Assembly (NCBI GenBank): GCA_965153455.1
Contig: OZ234493.1
Coordinates: 31,486,213-31,550,212 of the forward strand
Direction: 5' to 3'
Length of the DNA: 64,000 nucleotides
Source: Sphagnum compactum
Taxonomy: Eukaryota
Below, piece by piece: positions 28,565 through 40,745 of this stretch (position 1 is its first letter; each line of letters starts with the position of its first letter). The notes beneath the pieces are model-generated. The model did not search any database, had not been told where the DNA came from, and was given only the letters and a program-made list of their open reading frames with translations. The translations under genes and the position numbers were made by a program.

Positions 28565-29859
28565 GAAACCCCTCTCAATTTGTTCACATCTGCTCTCTTG
28601 CAGTTTGTTTCTTCTGGTGTACAGATAGGTGTATTTTTTTGACCTGTCAATCAGTACAGTATATAATCTTGCTGTGAATTTGTGTGTCCATCATTGAGGG
28701 ACTGAAAGAAATTAAGGTTGTTGTTCCAAGGGAAGAAGGTTCACTCACAGATTCTAGTCATTTGATCAAACCATAATCATTCTTCATGAGCTATCTCACA
28801 CAGCTTCATGTTGTTCTTCATGAACAGTCTCCTTCAAGGTTGCCTGACGCATCGTTGAATGAGGCTCCATATACTCCAATGTTGTGGAGGCCTGGTTTGT
28901 TGACTTTCCCCTAATTGTAGGCCTGTCTGTTGCTATGACACCAAGGTCATGTGCAACCATGGAGCTGGGTTGTATCCAGTTTGTACCTTTGTTCTGGTGG
29001 TCTGGATCCATGTTCACCCTGCACCTAAACCTTCAGTTGCCACTATGGAACTATCCATCCATCCATCCATCCATCCATCCATAGCAAGCTATCATACATG
29101 CGGGCATACAACTAGAATGTCTCCTTTGTTTCTCATTCTCTTTTGGAGTGAAATTATTGTGCAGAGAGCCAGAGCATATTTATTCCTCAGGCCTTCTTCA
29201 TAAGCTTGCAATCAAGCTCCACACTTTTTGTGCTCTCTCTCTCTCTCTCTCTGTGTCTGTGCAGAACAATGCTCATTTTCTTCTTCTGCCGTAACTCCCC
29301 CATCTTACCATGCACAATCTCAAATACATCAGGTTCCCGAGCGCTTGCAGGTTCCTCACAGAGAGCCACTTTCAGTTTTGACAAATAATCTAATAAAATT
29401 GCTTCTGGGTTTACACACAAGACCCTCCAAACTTGTGTGAATTTTATGTACTAACATTATAACACTTCTCTATACAAACAGGATGTTTAGAAAAAGAAAA
29501 ACCCACACATACGGTGTATATACCAGTGTTGTACTGGTACATAGGGTGCACAGTGCAACCTGAGTGTATGGTAGTGGTATGGGTATTGGCATTGAAGAAC
29601 ATACCAGTCGGGTATGACCTGAGGCAATACCAGCCTTTATACCAGTACAAGTGCAGTATAATACCTGAGGTTATACCAGGTAGGTATATTCATTACAGCA
29701 TATGTATAATATACTTATACGATGTACATGTATTAAGTATACCATTATTATACAATGTATATGAACGAATTATACCATCAATATACGTGGTTTTCTCTCT
29801 TTGTCGGTGCTCTCCCGCTGCTCTCGTCGTCGAGAGCGGGAAGCTTTGCGGATGCCGGA

Positions 29860-32800
29860 ATGGCTGACGACGGAGGAGAAGGAGGAGGAGATCGGGAGGG
29901 GAAGGAGTTGGGCGAGCAGCAGTTGGTTGCGGTCACGGCAGCGGTTGTCGTCCCCACCGTCGTCAGTCAGAAAAAGTTGTTGGTTCTGGACGTGAACGGG
30001 CTTCTGGTGGCGACATACTACAAGCAAGAGACTTTGCCTCCCGAACCGTATCACGTGAAGCTCGGCAACTTCTATGGTGATACTTCTATGCTCCATGTTT
30101 TTTTTTCTTTCTTTCTCTCTCTCTTTTTTTTGTTTTTGGCGGAGATTTTTTTTCCATGTCGTGATTGTGGCGTTCGACGATGCCTTCGTCAAGAAATAAA
30201 AAGGTTTTCAATTCTACGTTCTTTCTTGGTAATCTTAGGGTTTCTGCTGCATCCCCCTGCTGAGGATTATCAGGGTTTGGCCTCCGACGTCATGTTTCTG
30301 GAAGGAGTTCTGCTGAGGACTTGGATTTGTTTGATTGTTTGTTTTCTTCTCCCGCAGTGTACAAGAGGCCATTTTGTGAAGAGTTCATTCGCTTTTGCTT
30401 GGAAAATTTTACCGTTGGAATCTGGTCTTCGGCACAAGCGTGAGTTTCGACCGGCCTTTTTGCATGCCTAAATATGTCACGGCTTTTTCTGCAATCTTCA
30501 AAGTGCTTTTTTCCCAATTGCAAAAGTCTTTTCCAAAATGCTTACGAGTGAGATGGAATGTGGCGGGTTGCATGTGTAGGTTCAATGTGAATAATCTGGT
30601 GGAGTTCGTGTTCAAGGATTTGAGGCATCAGCTTGCATTTTCCTGGGTAACATCTCTGCTTCTGAATCATGCAGAGCTTAACTGTTTCTTGAGCTATAAT
30701 GCAATCTTGGACTCTTATTTGCCTTCATTCATTTTCTCCCTCCCTCCTCTGGTGCTGTTCTATTCTGCGGTAGAAAGGTATGTCAGATTTAGGTGCATGT
30801 AAATTCTGTTGGATTTGAAGTTTGATTGCATCTGCCTTATATTGGTGGCTCTGCAGCATCAGACACACTGCACACGGACAGCAGTCAAGCATCCTGACAA
30901 TAAGCACAAACCTGTCTTTCTGAAAGAGTTGTCAAGGTTATGGGCAACTTTCAAGCCCGGAGAATATGGACCCTCCAACTGCCTCCTTGTGGATGATTCC
31001 CCACACAAAGCCCTAAAAAATCCTGTGAGTTCTGTATCATTTGTTTGCTGTCTTTTGTAAGCCCTTAAGAAGGTTATGCTTCATTTTTTGCTGTAATTTA
31101 TACAATCAAGGTCTCATTGCATAGTTCGCGTTCAGATTTCAATATAGACTGTTTTCTTGAGAAGGTAGATCATGTGTTCTTGTCTTGTTACCAACTTTTA
31201 ACCATCAATTGACTGCTGTGTACATGTCCCTATGCAGCCAAACACCGCAATTTTTCCTCAGACATATACAGCACATGAATCTGATGACAACTTTTTAGGT
31301 AAAAGGTCATTTCCTACCTGGGATTGATTCTTTTGTCTTCCACTGCATTGCAGAGAATTTGTTGGCAGTTGATGATAGGTCCTGAAGAAATTTCATATTA
31401 GAGACAGACAGATGAGAGACTTTGATGATCAGTTTATTCAAGCTTCCAAGAAAGAATCTTCAATTCATCTAAATTTCACAGGTGGGGTTTGGGTTTTGTA
31501 GGTAGTACATTACGGCAATATTTAGAGGCACTTCGAGATTCAGTGAATGTGCAAGCGTATGTGGAGAAAAACCCAATAGGTGAGCCAAGCATCACCGCAG
31601 CAAGTTCACTCTGGCAAGTTTATGGCTGTCTTACTAGCATAGATCAGCCAGAGTTGGTTAATGGAGGAGAAAATTGGGCTTCTAATATAAAACTTACAGG
31701 GTCTGCCATTGTTGCTCATGGGAGCTCTAGAAACAGTTACCAGGAACCTGTGAGAACCTCTATTCCAGGATATCAAGTTGAAGAAAGCTATTCTTGTAAA
31801 GAGTGGACTCATAGTCCAAGATCAGTAGAGAGATTCGGCAAACGACCCAAGCATGAGTGGGAGGGTATTCTAGGTCACAGTCCTAGAACCTTAGAAGATG
31901 GTAGGTTGAGTAAACAGCCCCAAAGTGAGTTGGACAGAGAGACTCAAGGTGTGGACTGGGATCATTTTGAGGAGAACTACAATGCACTGAATGCATATCT
32001 ACCATGTGGAGGTGGTTCTCAGCTTGAGCAGGAAGCAGGCCAGGTTGGTTGGGATAGAGCTCACCACTATGGTGGTGAGTTATTTCAGCCTAAGAGTTTG
32101 GTTTGGATTAGGGGATTGCATCAAACAGGAAATGGGAGAGGCCACAATGTATCAAATGTACCTCTACCACCTGGTGCTGGATCTCAGGTTGACAGGAAAG
32201 CAGCCCAGGTCAGATGGGATAGAGCTCACCAATATGTTGGTGAATTTAATCAGTGTAAGAGGTCAATCCAGGGCAGGGGATGGCAATATATAGATGACAG
32301 CAAAGAATTTGATGCACCAACCATACCTCTAATGCCTGGAGGTGAACCTCAAGTTGATAGGGAAGTAGATGAGGTCAGATGGGATAAAGGCAAGTACCAT
32401 GGTGGTGAATTCCATCAGTGCAAGAGGTCTGTTGAGACTAGGGAAAACAGGAGAGACCAAAATGCACCTCAAGGCGGAGGCTGGGGACATCACTTTCAGC
32501 ATGATAATGGCCCGCTGAGTCGGCCCTCCCCACCATACAGGAATCACAGAGACAGCAGGAATGGCACTTTATTTCAGTGGAGACATGAGAGGGACCTCAC
32601 CAGTGACCACAGAAGTGTATGTAGCTGGGGACAGTATGAGCAGAATGCTAGTGTCACAAGTTTGCCCTCTCAGCTATACAGGGACCAGTGGTACATGGAA
32701 TCAAGCGCACACATGGACCAGCAAGAAGTTGCAGGTGGTAGGGTAGATCTCACAGGTGAACAGAAATGCAGAGATAGTTGGAGGTTCCCTGCCAATGAAC

Positions 32801-33366
32801 ATCAGATAGGTGGAGGTGTGATCTGGCGGGGAGCCTCCTTGGAAGACCAGGTGCTTGATGGTTGGGCAGACTGCACTGGTGAAAAGAGCGGAGGTGGAGG
32901 TGTGGTTTCAGGGAACCCCTATGTTGAAGAAGACTGGGACCACCAGGTGCAAGACAGGTGGGCAAACCTCACCATGAGTGGATGTGGAGGTCGTTGGGGA
33001 GATGCTGGCAGTCAAGGCAGGGTACAAGATAGTCAGGCAATTGCTGCTGTAGAAAACAGGGGAGGTGGAGGCAGTTGGGCAAACTCCAGCTCTGAAGAGC
33101 AAGATGGTTGGGCAAATTTCAGCACAACAACAAGCGGAGATGGAGCTAGTTCGTTGGACCCCGCCAGTGAAAATAGGGTAAACAATTGGGCAAACCTTGC
33201 CAATGATAGATTTGGAGCCAAACATGACTCAGCATATGCATCAGAACAAGGCCTCATTGGATACAGAAACAATCACCACAGGTACAACTCAAGACCTGGA
33301 GCAGATTATCCAGCCAGAAACCACTATAAGCATGAGTCAAGACTCAACTTTGCAACACAAAACTGA
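29860..33366 (+). CDS. FCP1-homology/NIF-like HAD-family protein with long Gly/Trp-rich C-terminal extension, 819 aa; exons 29860-30076, 30358-30439, 30580-30646, 30857-31024, 31238-31298, 31502-33366
   Basis: Spliced N-terminal domain KKLLVLDVNGLL..VYKRPFCEEFIRFCLENFTVGIWSSA..KPVFLKELSRLW..NCLLVDDSPHKALKNPPNTAIFP..LRQYLEAL..VQAYVEKNPIG, typical of plant FCP1-homology proteins. Five GT-AG introns give 2460 nt in frame. Confidence 0.88.
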
Positions 33367-34611
33367 GGTGGCCATGGCTGGGAAGATAAAGAATGCATAC
33401 AATTCAAGACACTGCAGCAGAGAGGTTTTGAGTCCAAGCCACAGAGGAGAGGGTTGGGAAAAGCACAGTGGGAATGCTACTAGCTGTACAAGCTTGCCAT
33501 CTCCACCACAGTGGAATAGCACATGTGAGTCTAGAGAGCCAGAAAGGACATGGGTGTCCCATGCTTGGTAGGGGTTCTGGTGATTTTATGTAATACTGTC
33601 TCCTTGTAATTTAGTCACTCATTTTCAGTGAGGCACTGGAGACAATTGCTGCCTCGGGAAGGTCCTATCCTGATTACTATCTTGAATTTGTGGTTTTCAA
33701 CCCACTGTGATGAGTGGACCATGTATTTCAGCATTGACTCGTGTTCTAGGCAGGCCGGACTTGATAAGTCAAAAGCCAAAACTGTATTGAAGGCAAACCT
33801 CAGAAGGAACCACTGGAATGATGCTATGCTGAGAATTTCCGAGTGCGGCAGGATCCTGTTTACAATTTGAATCATAGTACACAGGAGTGTCTGGAGCCAG
33901 AACTCACAATTTTTTTTTGTAACTGACAATTTAGTGGCCATTGTGCATGGCTTAACATGATCAAGATTGTTTAAAGCTGTGAAGCAGCTACGGAAGGCAA
34001 CCCTGTTACTATGTCCTTCCTGAACTTGTTTTGCACTTCATTTTGAAGTAATTCTTTTGTCTGGAATAAAAAGTTGCTCTTAAAGTTCTCTTTATTGTCT
34101 CTCTGATCTCTCTTCATCTTTTTTCTTTTCTTTTCTTCTTTTTCTCTCTCCTTCTGTGTTCCTTTCTTCTCAGTTTTCTGGTGTCATCTACTTCCTCTTC
34201 TAAAGCTCTCCTTTTGTGATTTGTTTCTTCTTTTTCTCTCTTCCATGTTCCACTTTCTTCCTGGTTTTCCATGGCTCTTCTCCTTCTCCTTTAGGTTTCA
34301 TTGAGCTGGCCAGCATCATGACTGAGTTTTCTCCATTACTGCCAATATTTGAGTCTGTTAAACCATGCGAAAATTGCTCCCAGGTGATGATGAAGATGAT
34401 GATGATAGGGGTCATCAGCTTTTTGTTTCTTTTTTTGCTGGAATTTCAAGCTTTGTAGTTTTCTGTTTGCTGTAATTTCATCTCAGCAGACACTCGCTGT
34501 CAAATGCTCTCTCTCTCTCTCTCAAGAGTTTGGCTGTTTGAACATGAGCACACTCGAAAGTGCTCACACTCTCAAGTGTCATGCGGTGCAAAGAATCAGC
34601 AATAATGCAAG

Positions 34612-34701
34612 ATGTAGACACAGAATACCCCTTTCTTAACAAGGTACTTACTACTCATGTAGACACAGAATACCCCTTTCTTAACAAGGTACTTACTACT
34701 C
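34612..34701. repeat. Exact 45-bp tandem duplication
   Basis: ATGTAGACACAGAATACCCCTTTCTTAACAAGGTACTTACTACTC x2. Confidence 0.9.
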
Positions 34702-36468
34702 TTCCTCGCTCCCTTACATGATGATGTGCATGTGAGATGATTGAAATCTACTGCCGTCAGTCATGACATCCCAACAGCAAAAAGCAATGCAAAATTATTA
34801 TATAAGTCTCACACACACACAGAACAGGACAAAAACAACTAAAATCCAACAGCAGCAACAGCAACAACAAAAAAGCTTACAACAACAACAACAACAATAA
34901 TGCATTGTGTGCTAAGTAAGAAGATGGTAAGAAGACAATAATAAAACCCTGCAACTCAGTTTTTTCTTTTAAAAAAATTTCTGTGTCTTCAGAAATTTGT
35001 TGTTACAGAAACCCACACTTCTCAATGCAATTATCAAAACAATAACAACAAAAACAATGAAAACAACAGCTAAATATTTTTTAAAAAAAACTGTAAAAAA
35101 ACCAACAACAACAACAACAACAACAGTTACAACAACAAAAGTAGACAGCAACAACAGCAACAAATGCAACAGCAATGACAGCAACAGAAACAACAACAGC
35201 AACAATTATTAGTTGTATTAGTGATAATAATAATGACAAACAGGTGTTAAGAGAGAGCTTTGTAGGTGGGGCTTTTCTGCAAAGCGTGGTTTTCTTTGCT
35301 GCTGCTGCTGCGTCTTCTTCTTCTTCTTCTTCTTCGTCTGTTGGTTGTTTGTTTGTTTGTTCGTTTGTTGCACGAATGGTTTTGTAAGGATCGCTCGTCA
35401 TCGTGTGCACTGAAACTGTGCAATGGAATGGGGCTCGACTTCAGTGCTGCTGCTGCCGCGGCTGTGAGGGTACGGGATCTCTTCTTCTTCTTTCTTTCTT
35501 TCTTCACTTTTGTTTCGGCGTCCCACAGTATTGTTTTTGTTTTGTGCTCTTATGCTTTGTGCGCTTCCTGCGTTTTGGAGTTTTTGGTGTTTGTTTTGTT
35601 TTGTGTCGTTTTTTTCTCCCCTTTCTCCTGCTTGTTAGATTGTAGAAACGACTATTTTTTTTCCAGTGCTATATACAAGGCTTGCGGTTTTTCAGTCCTT
35701 AACACCATGCCTCTTTTTTCCTTCTTGTTGTTGGAGTACACAGTGATGTCAGCCTTGTTCTCCTTTTTTTTCTGATCTCCTTTGAACTCTCTTGTGTATC
35801 AAGAGGTCTGTTCACAACAGGCTTCATATCTGAAGAAATTCGTTTATGGAAATCAGTTGTTCCCATCAGAATAGCTAACACTCGATCTTGCTTTCACAAG
35901 AGTTCTTTGTCTTGTCTTATGTACGAGATGTTGAATCTCCCCTGAAAAACAAAATCAGGGTTTTTTCATATGCCAAGCTTTGTCACTCTTGGTGATGTGA
36001 ATTTTTTCACAGGCTCCCTTTTCTTTCTTTAGGTTGCTGGCATTCACTAAGAGTATGTCAGCTCTGGTCTGAATACTGCTTTTTCTGCTGACAATCACAT
36101 CTGACCCGTTCTCTCCTTTTCCCTTACATAGCTCCAACTGTTGGTGATCCTGAAATTTGAAACCTCGTCTGTCTTTGTTTGACAATTCATAGCATGATCC
36201 AGGAGGAACACAGGTCCTGCCCAAGTCACATTGCAATTTACTGTTCTGGTTGCTTGCAATCTCAATTGGATGCTTTGGGCAATGCTCTCTCTTTCTCAAG
36301 TTACCTCCCTGCTGTCTTGCCATGTTTTTCCAAATGTTGGCTGTATTGTATTATTGCCCAGGAGAGGTTGTTGCTATGTCCAATGATGTCTTGACATGAT
36401 TTTCACTCTGAAACCTTGTGCAGATCTTCGACTTTTCTTTGCCAGGTAATTGATGAAGCATCTTCAGG

Positions 36469-38127
36469 ATGGAGAACAGGCGTCAACCATCAGTGGCATC
36501 CTTATACTCTGATGAGCTGGGTCAGCGAGTGTTGAAGATTGCAAGCAATGTGTTCTTTGGGTTCTTTGTTGTATTGGTTCTCACCTTCACCGTATTTGCC
36601 ATCACCTATAAACCTCCGGATCCATGGTTGCAATCCTTGAGATCATACAATGAGCTATTCAGCAGTGTTGACAACTCAACGTTCCAACATGATGATTCCA
36701 TTCTAGTCACTGGAGACGATCTGAAGACCAATGTTGACACTGCACCTGGCCCGAAAGCTATAACTGAAGAAGATGTGCAGAACACTCCGGTGCAACTTGC
36801 TGGGAGTTGTGATTCCTCCACATCAGTGATCAACTGCTCAGATCCAGCTGTGAAAAGTTCGATTGAACGTTATAACTTTCTGAAGTTTCCTGCTCTCAGC
36901 TTCTATGAGTATCGGGACCCTGTGGGTGGTGCTGCTAAGAATGAATGTGATATAGCCTGGAAGTACCGCAGCAAGAGAGCCAAGACACAACGGATTTACA
37001 GAGACTTTAGGCGGTACATTCTAAAGAAGGATGCTGCATGTGCAATTTCTGTTCACAAGGTTGGCAAGTGGCATTCTGGAATCAATGCTCGGCCAAGGAA
37101 AGGTGGGAATGCTTCATCATCTACAGACATGGAGAAAGGAGTGGATGTTGTGGAGGATTCACTGGGGCCTGCCTCATTGCAGCCAGATACTGATTTTTAC
37201 AGTCAGAGATATCTGTATTATGAAAGAGGAGGTGATTACTGTAAGAGCATGAGTCAGTTTGAGTGGAGCTTCTTGTGTGCCCTGGGTGAGGCACGCTACC
37301 TCAACCGCACATTTGTCATGGACTTGGATTTCTGTCTGGCAGGAGCCAACAATCCAGGACATGAGGATGAAACCAATAAAGACTTTCGCTTCTACTTTGA
37401 CTATGAGCATCTGCAAGAGTCCACACCCATGATTGAGAAGAACACGTTTCTTCAGGAGCTTCAAGAATGGAACTCCAAACACAAGACACATGCAGTCTCA
37501 CCACACTACATACCCAATTTCAAGGTGGCTCCCTCGAGCTTGCAGAATGATACTGGGACAGTTCTGTGGCGCAGATTTGATGATGTTGTGGAGACAAACA
37601 ATTATTGGTACCGTGTCTGTGAAGGGGAGGCTGAGAAATACGTTGAGCGACCTTGGAATCTTATGTGGAAGTCCAGGAGGCTCATGGACATAGTGACCGC
37701 AATCTGCAACAAGCTGGAGTGGGATTTTGATACAGTGCATGTAGTACGCGGGGAGAAGGCAAAGAACAAGCAACTTTGGCCAAATTTGGATGCAGACACT
37801 TCCCCTGAAAGTCTTCTGAGCAAGGTGCAAAAACAGCTTGATTTCCGACGGAAGATCTACATTGCAACAAATGAGATGGAGTCTGACTACTTTGATAAGC
37901 TGAGAAGCTGGAATGAGGTTTACCTGCTGGATGATTTCAAGGAGCTTTGGAGCAATACAAGTGAGTGGTATAAATCAACTCTGGCACTTACAGGTGGCCA
38001 ACCAGTTGAGTTTGATGGCTACATGAGGGTGATAGTAGATACAGAGATGCTGTACAGAGGTAAGAAAAATATTGAGACATTCAATGATCTAACTGGTGAT
38101 TGTAAGAACGGTGTAGGTAGATGTTAA
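36469..38127 (+). CDS. SUB1 (SHORT UNDER BLUE LIGHT 1)-like / At2g04280-family type II membrane protein, O-fucosyltransferase-like C-terminus, 552 aa, single-exon CDS
   Basis: N-terminal TM (NVFFGFFVVLVLTFTVFAITY-KPPDPW). CDIAWKYR..YRDFRRY. GGDYCKSMSQFEWSFLCALGEARYLNRTFVMDL. KDFRFYFDYEHL. YWYRVCEGE. HVVRGEKA..WPNLDADTSP..IYIATNE. ETFNDLTGDCKNGV. Confidence 0.85.
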   Translation: MENRRQPSVASLYSDELGQRVLKIASNVFFGFFVVLVLTFTVFAITYKPPDPWLQSLRSYNELFSSVDNSTFQHDDSILVTGDDLKTNVDTAPGPKAITEEDVQNTPVQLAGSCDSSTSVINCSDPAVKSSIERYNFLKFPALSFYEYRDPVGGAAKNECDIAWKYRSKRAKTQRIYRDFRRYILKKDAACAISVHKVGKWHSGINARPRKGGNASSSTDMEKGVDVVEDSLGPASLQPDTDFYSQRYLYYERGGDYCKSMSQFEWSFLCALGEARYLNRTFVMDLDFCLAGANNPGHEDETNKDFRFYFDYEHLQESTPMIEKNTFLQELQEWNSKHKTHAVSPHYIPNFKVAPSSLQNDTGTVLWRRFDDVVETNNYWYRVCEGEAEKYVERPWNLMWKSRRLMDIVTAICNKLEWDFDTVHVVRGEKAKNKQLWPNLDADTSPESLLSKVQKQLDFRRKIYIATNEMESDYFDKLRSWNEVYLLDDFKELWSNTSEWYKSTLALTGGQPVEFDGYMRVIVDTEMLYRGKKNIETFNDLTGDCKNGVGRC

Positions 38128-38951
38128 AAGTAAGAGGCAAACCATTGGGGAGGTGGAATAGTGGGTCTGTGAGACAGTTTTGAGAGGTACATAGTTGATG
38201 CTGTATGCTGCAAACCCATGGGTCTCCTTTTCAAGCAAGTAGTTCTTACTGCGTACTGCTTGATTAGATTGTGTGCCCATCATGTGCAGTGTACAAGCCT
38301 TGTACATCCCATGAACTCAAAAAAGAAAACTTTGCAGTGGATCAAATCGCATTTTGTATCCTATGCAGTTGCAGAAAGACGTAGAAATGTAGATGGAGTC
38401 AATGAACTGTGCTGGAAATTGAATGAAAAACTTATGGGTCTTCTATCATCCCAGGGGGCAATTTGACTTCTAACAGAGAGCTCAATCCCGTGAGTTATTG
38501 CTGACCAAGGAAGCAGCAAAACTAGGGATTGGGGAAAGTGCAAGATGGGCACAGAGAAAGAGGTACTTTTTGCATTGGTGTATGATGACTTTTAATGAAA
38601 ACAGACCAGTATGGGGATGTTAAGCTGGTACCGAAATTGAAAACTGCCTACTTTTATTGCTACCAGTTTGCAATGAATTAAGTGATGAATATGTATAACC
38701 ATCATAGGGTTGTGATTTTGGAGATGCTTGGCATAACAAGACTTCATTCTTTTTTTCTCTTGAAATTTTGATACCTGTACTGGCTGGTCTCTCTCCAAAA
38801 GATCATATGGGTCCAGCACTAGTAGGCGAGAAGCAAAATTGCTTGCACAAGGAATATGATAAAGTAAAAAGAAATCAAGCCATCCAGATAATTGCACTGG
38901 TAAAATATTTGGCAAATCCTTAGTGGACAAGCCCAAGAATACTGAGCCAGA

Positions 38952-39361
38952 AATGAGATTGCAGAGAAAAACTCCACCAAAAAAACATTGTCAAACTCCA
39001 TTTTGAAGAGGATAGGTACCCATTGCTGCTATGGATTCGAACACCCATAACATAACTCCAAAAGGGGAAAGCAATGGCCAAGAAAGAAAGCCATGAAAGA
39101 AGAAGACTGAAGAAGAAGAGCAACAACAAAATTGAAGAAAAGATATTGATATGAAATGAGTCGCACAGAGAAACTCCACAAATAAGACATTTTGAAACCC
39201 CATTTTGAAGAAGGTAAGGTACCCATTGCTGCTATGAATTCAAACACCCATAAACCAAAGTCCAAAAGGGGAAAGCAATGGCCAAGAAAGAAAGCCATGG
39301 AAGGAGAAGAGTGAAGAAGAAGAGCAACAACAAAATTGAAGAAAAGATGTTGATATGAAAT
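38952..39361. repeat. Tandem duplication of ~205 bp
   Basis: Two copies sharing GGTACCCATTGCTGCTATG, CCAAAAGGGGAAAGCAATGGCCAAGAAAGAAAGCCATG and GAAGAAGAAGAGCAACAACAAAATTGAAGAAAAGAT.TTGATATGAAAT. Confidence 0.9.
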
Positions 39362-39674
39362 TTTCAGTTCAGGAAAGAAAGGGGAGCAATAAAAGAAGGG
39401 GAGTTGTTGTTTCTCTTGTCAAAACTCCATGTAAAACAACAGAAGAGTTTTTCCTGCTTCTGCTTCTGCTGCTGCTGAAAAGAACTTTCTCTTCTTTTAG
39501 TGAGGAGAAAATCTCCTGTTTTGTGGTGGGTGCAGAAGAAGAAGAATGAAGACAAAAAGTCAGACTACAAACTCATTGCCTAGCTAAGCTACTATGTAGT
39601 AGGATATGCTTTCTACAAAGTAGAGAATCCCAAGATGTTCTCCTTCTGCATACATGATTCTTCTCCCCCCCCCC

Positions 39675-39710
<36 letters not shown>

Positions 39711-39870
39711 CTTCTCCATTATTGATGTTAGGGTTTGTTTTGTAAAGGCAATCTCGTACATAGTTTGCCGTTGTTGCTCTTCTGTGCTTTCTTCGTTGTG
39801 GGTGTTTGGGGTTTGTTGGAGGCTTTCTTTCTGGTGGTTTGGTTTCGTGTCTTTTAAAGGGGAGGGACAG

Positions 39871-40050
39871 ATGACGAGAGGGAACCAGAGAGAGAAGGAT
39901 AGAGAAAAGGCAGCAGCGAGGAATGGGGGAAAGTTGAAGACCAAAGATGATGGTCTCACCCCCGAGCAGCGTCGAGAAAGAGATGGAAAGGCCTTGCAGG
40001 AGAAAGCAGCCAAGAAGGCAGAAGCTGCTGCTGCTGGCAAAGCCAAATAA
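39871..40050 (+). CDS. Small EDRK-rich factor (SERF/4F5 family), 59 aa, intronless
   Basis: MTRGNQREKDREKAAAR..KDDGLTPEQRRERDGKALQEKAAKK matches the SERF signature (MTRGNQR..RERD..ALQEK). Confidence 0.92.
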   Translation: MTRGNQREKDREKAAARNGGKLKTKDDGLTPEQRRERDGKALQEKAAKKAEAAAAGKAK

Positions 40051-40098
40051 TGAAGTGCTTCTTCTCTTTTTGACTTCCAAGAAACTCTCCACTCTGGT

Positions 40099-40745
40099 AC
40101 AAGCTTTTGTCCATCACCTTGTTTTACACAAAATTTCTTTACATTCCATGCTCAGATGCTGCACAAGTTGAAGGTTATGAATTCAGAGAAAAAATTTCTG
40201 GATTCATAACAAGCTTTTTCCATCACTTTGTTTACAAAATTCCTTCACATCCATGCTCAGATACCATTGCACATGTTGATGGTTATGAATTCAGAGCAAA
40301 AGTTTCTGGATTCATAACAAGCTTTTTCCATCACTTTGTTTACAAAATTCCTTCACATCCATGCTAAGATACCATTGCACATGTTGATGGTTATGAATTC
40401 AGAGCAAAAGTTTCTGGATTCATAACAAGCTTTTTCCATCACTTTGTTTACAAAATTCCTTCACATCCATGCTAAGATACCATTGCACATGTTGATGGTT
40501 ATGAATTCAGAGCAAAAGTTTCTGGATTCATAACAAGCTTTTTCCATCACTTTGTTTACAAAATTACTGCACAACCATGCTCAGATATCACTGCACATGT
40601 TGACAGTTATGAATTCAGAGCTTGTGGATTCATAATAAGCTTTATCCATCACTTGGTTAACAAACTTCCTTCACATTCCATTCTCTTATGCCGCAGATGT
40701 TGAAGGTTATGAATTCAGAGCAAAAGTTCTGTGGGTTCATAACAG
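40099..40745. repeat. Minisatellite, 108 bp unit, ~6 copies, directly 3' of SERF
   Basis: A(C/T)AAGCTTT starts at 40099, 40209, 40317, 40425, 40533 and ~40635. The central copies are near-identical. Confidence 0.95.

Noticed and set aside
28796..29420. Two short minus-strand ORFs (73 and 77 aa) between VPS11 and the NIF gene
   Set aside because: No recognisable motif, one runs through a microsatellite, and I could not build a supported spliced model.
34840..35780. Low-complexity ORFs upstream of the SUB1-like gene
   Set aside because: They are translations of (AAC)n, (TTC)n and (GCT)n microsatellites in promoter/5' UTR sequence.
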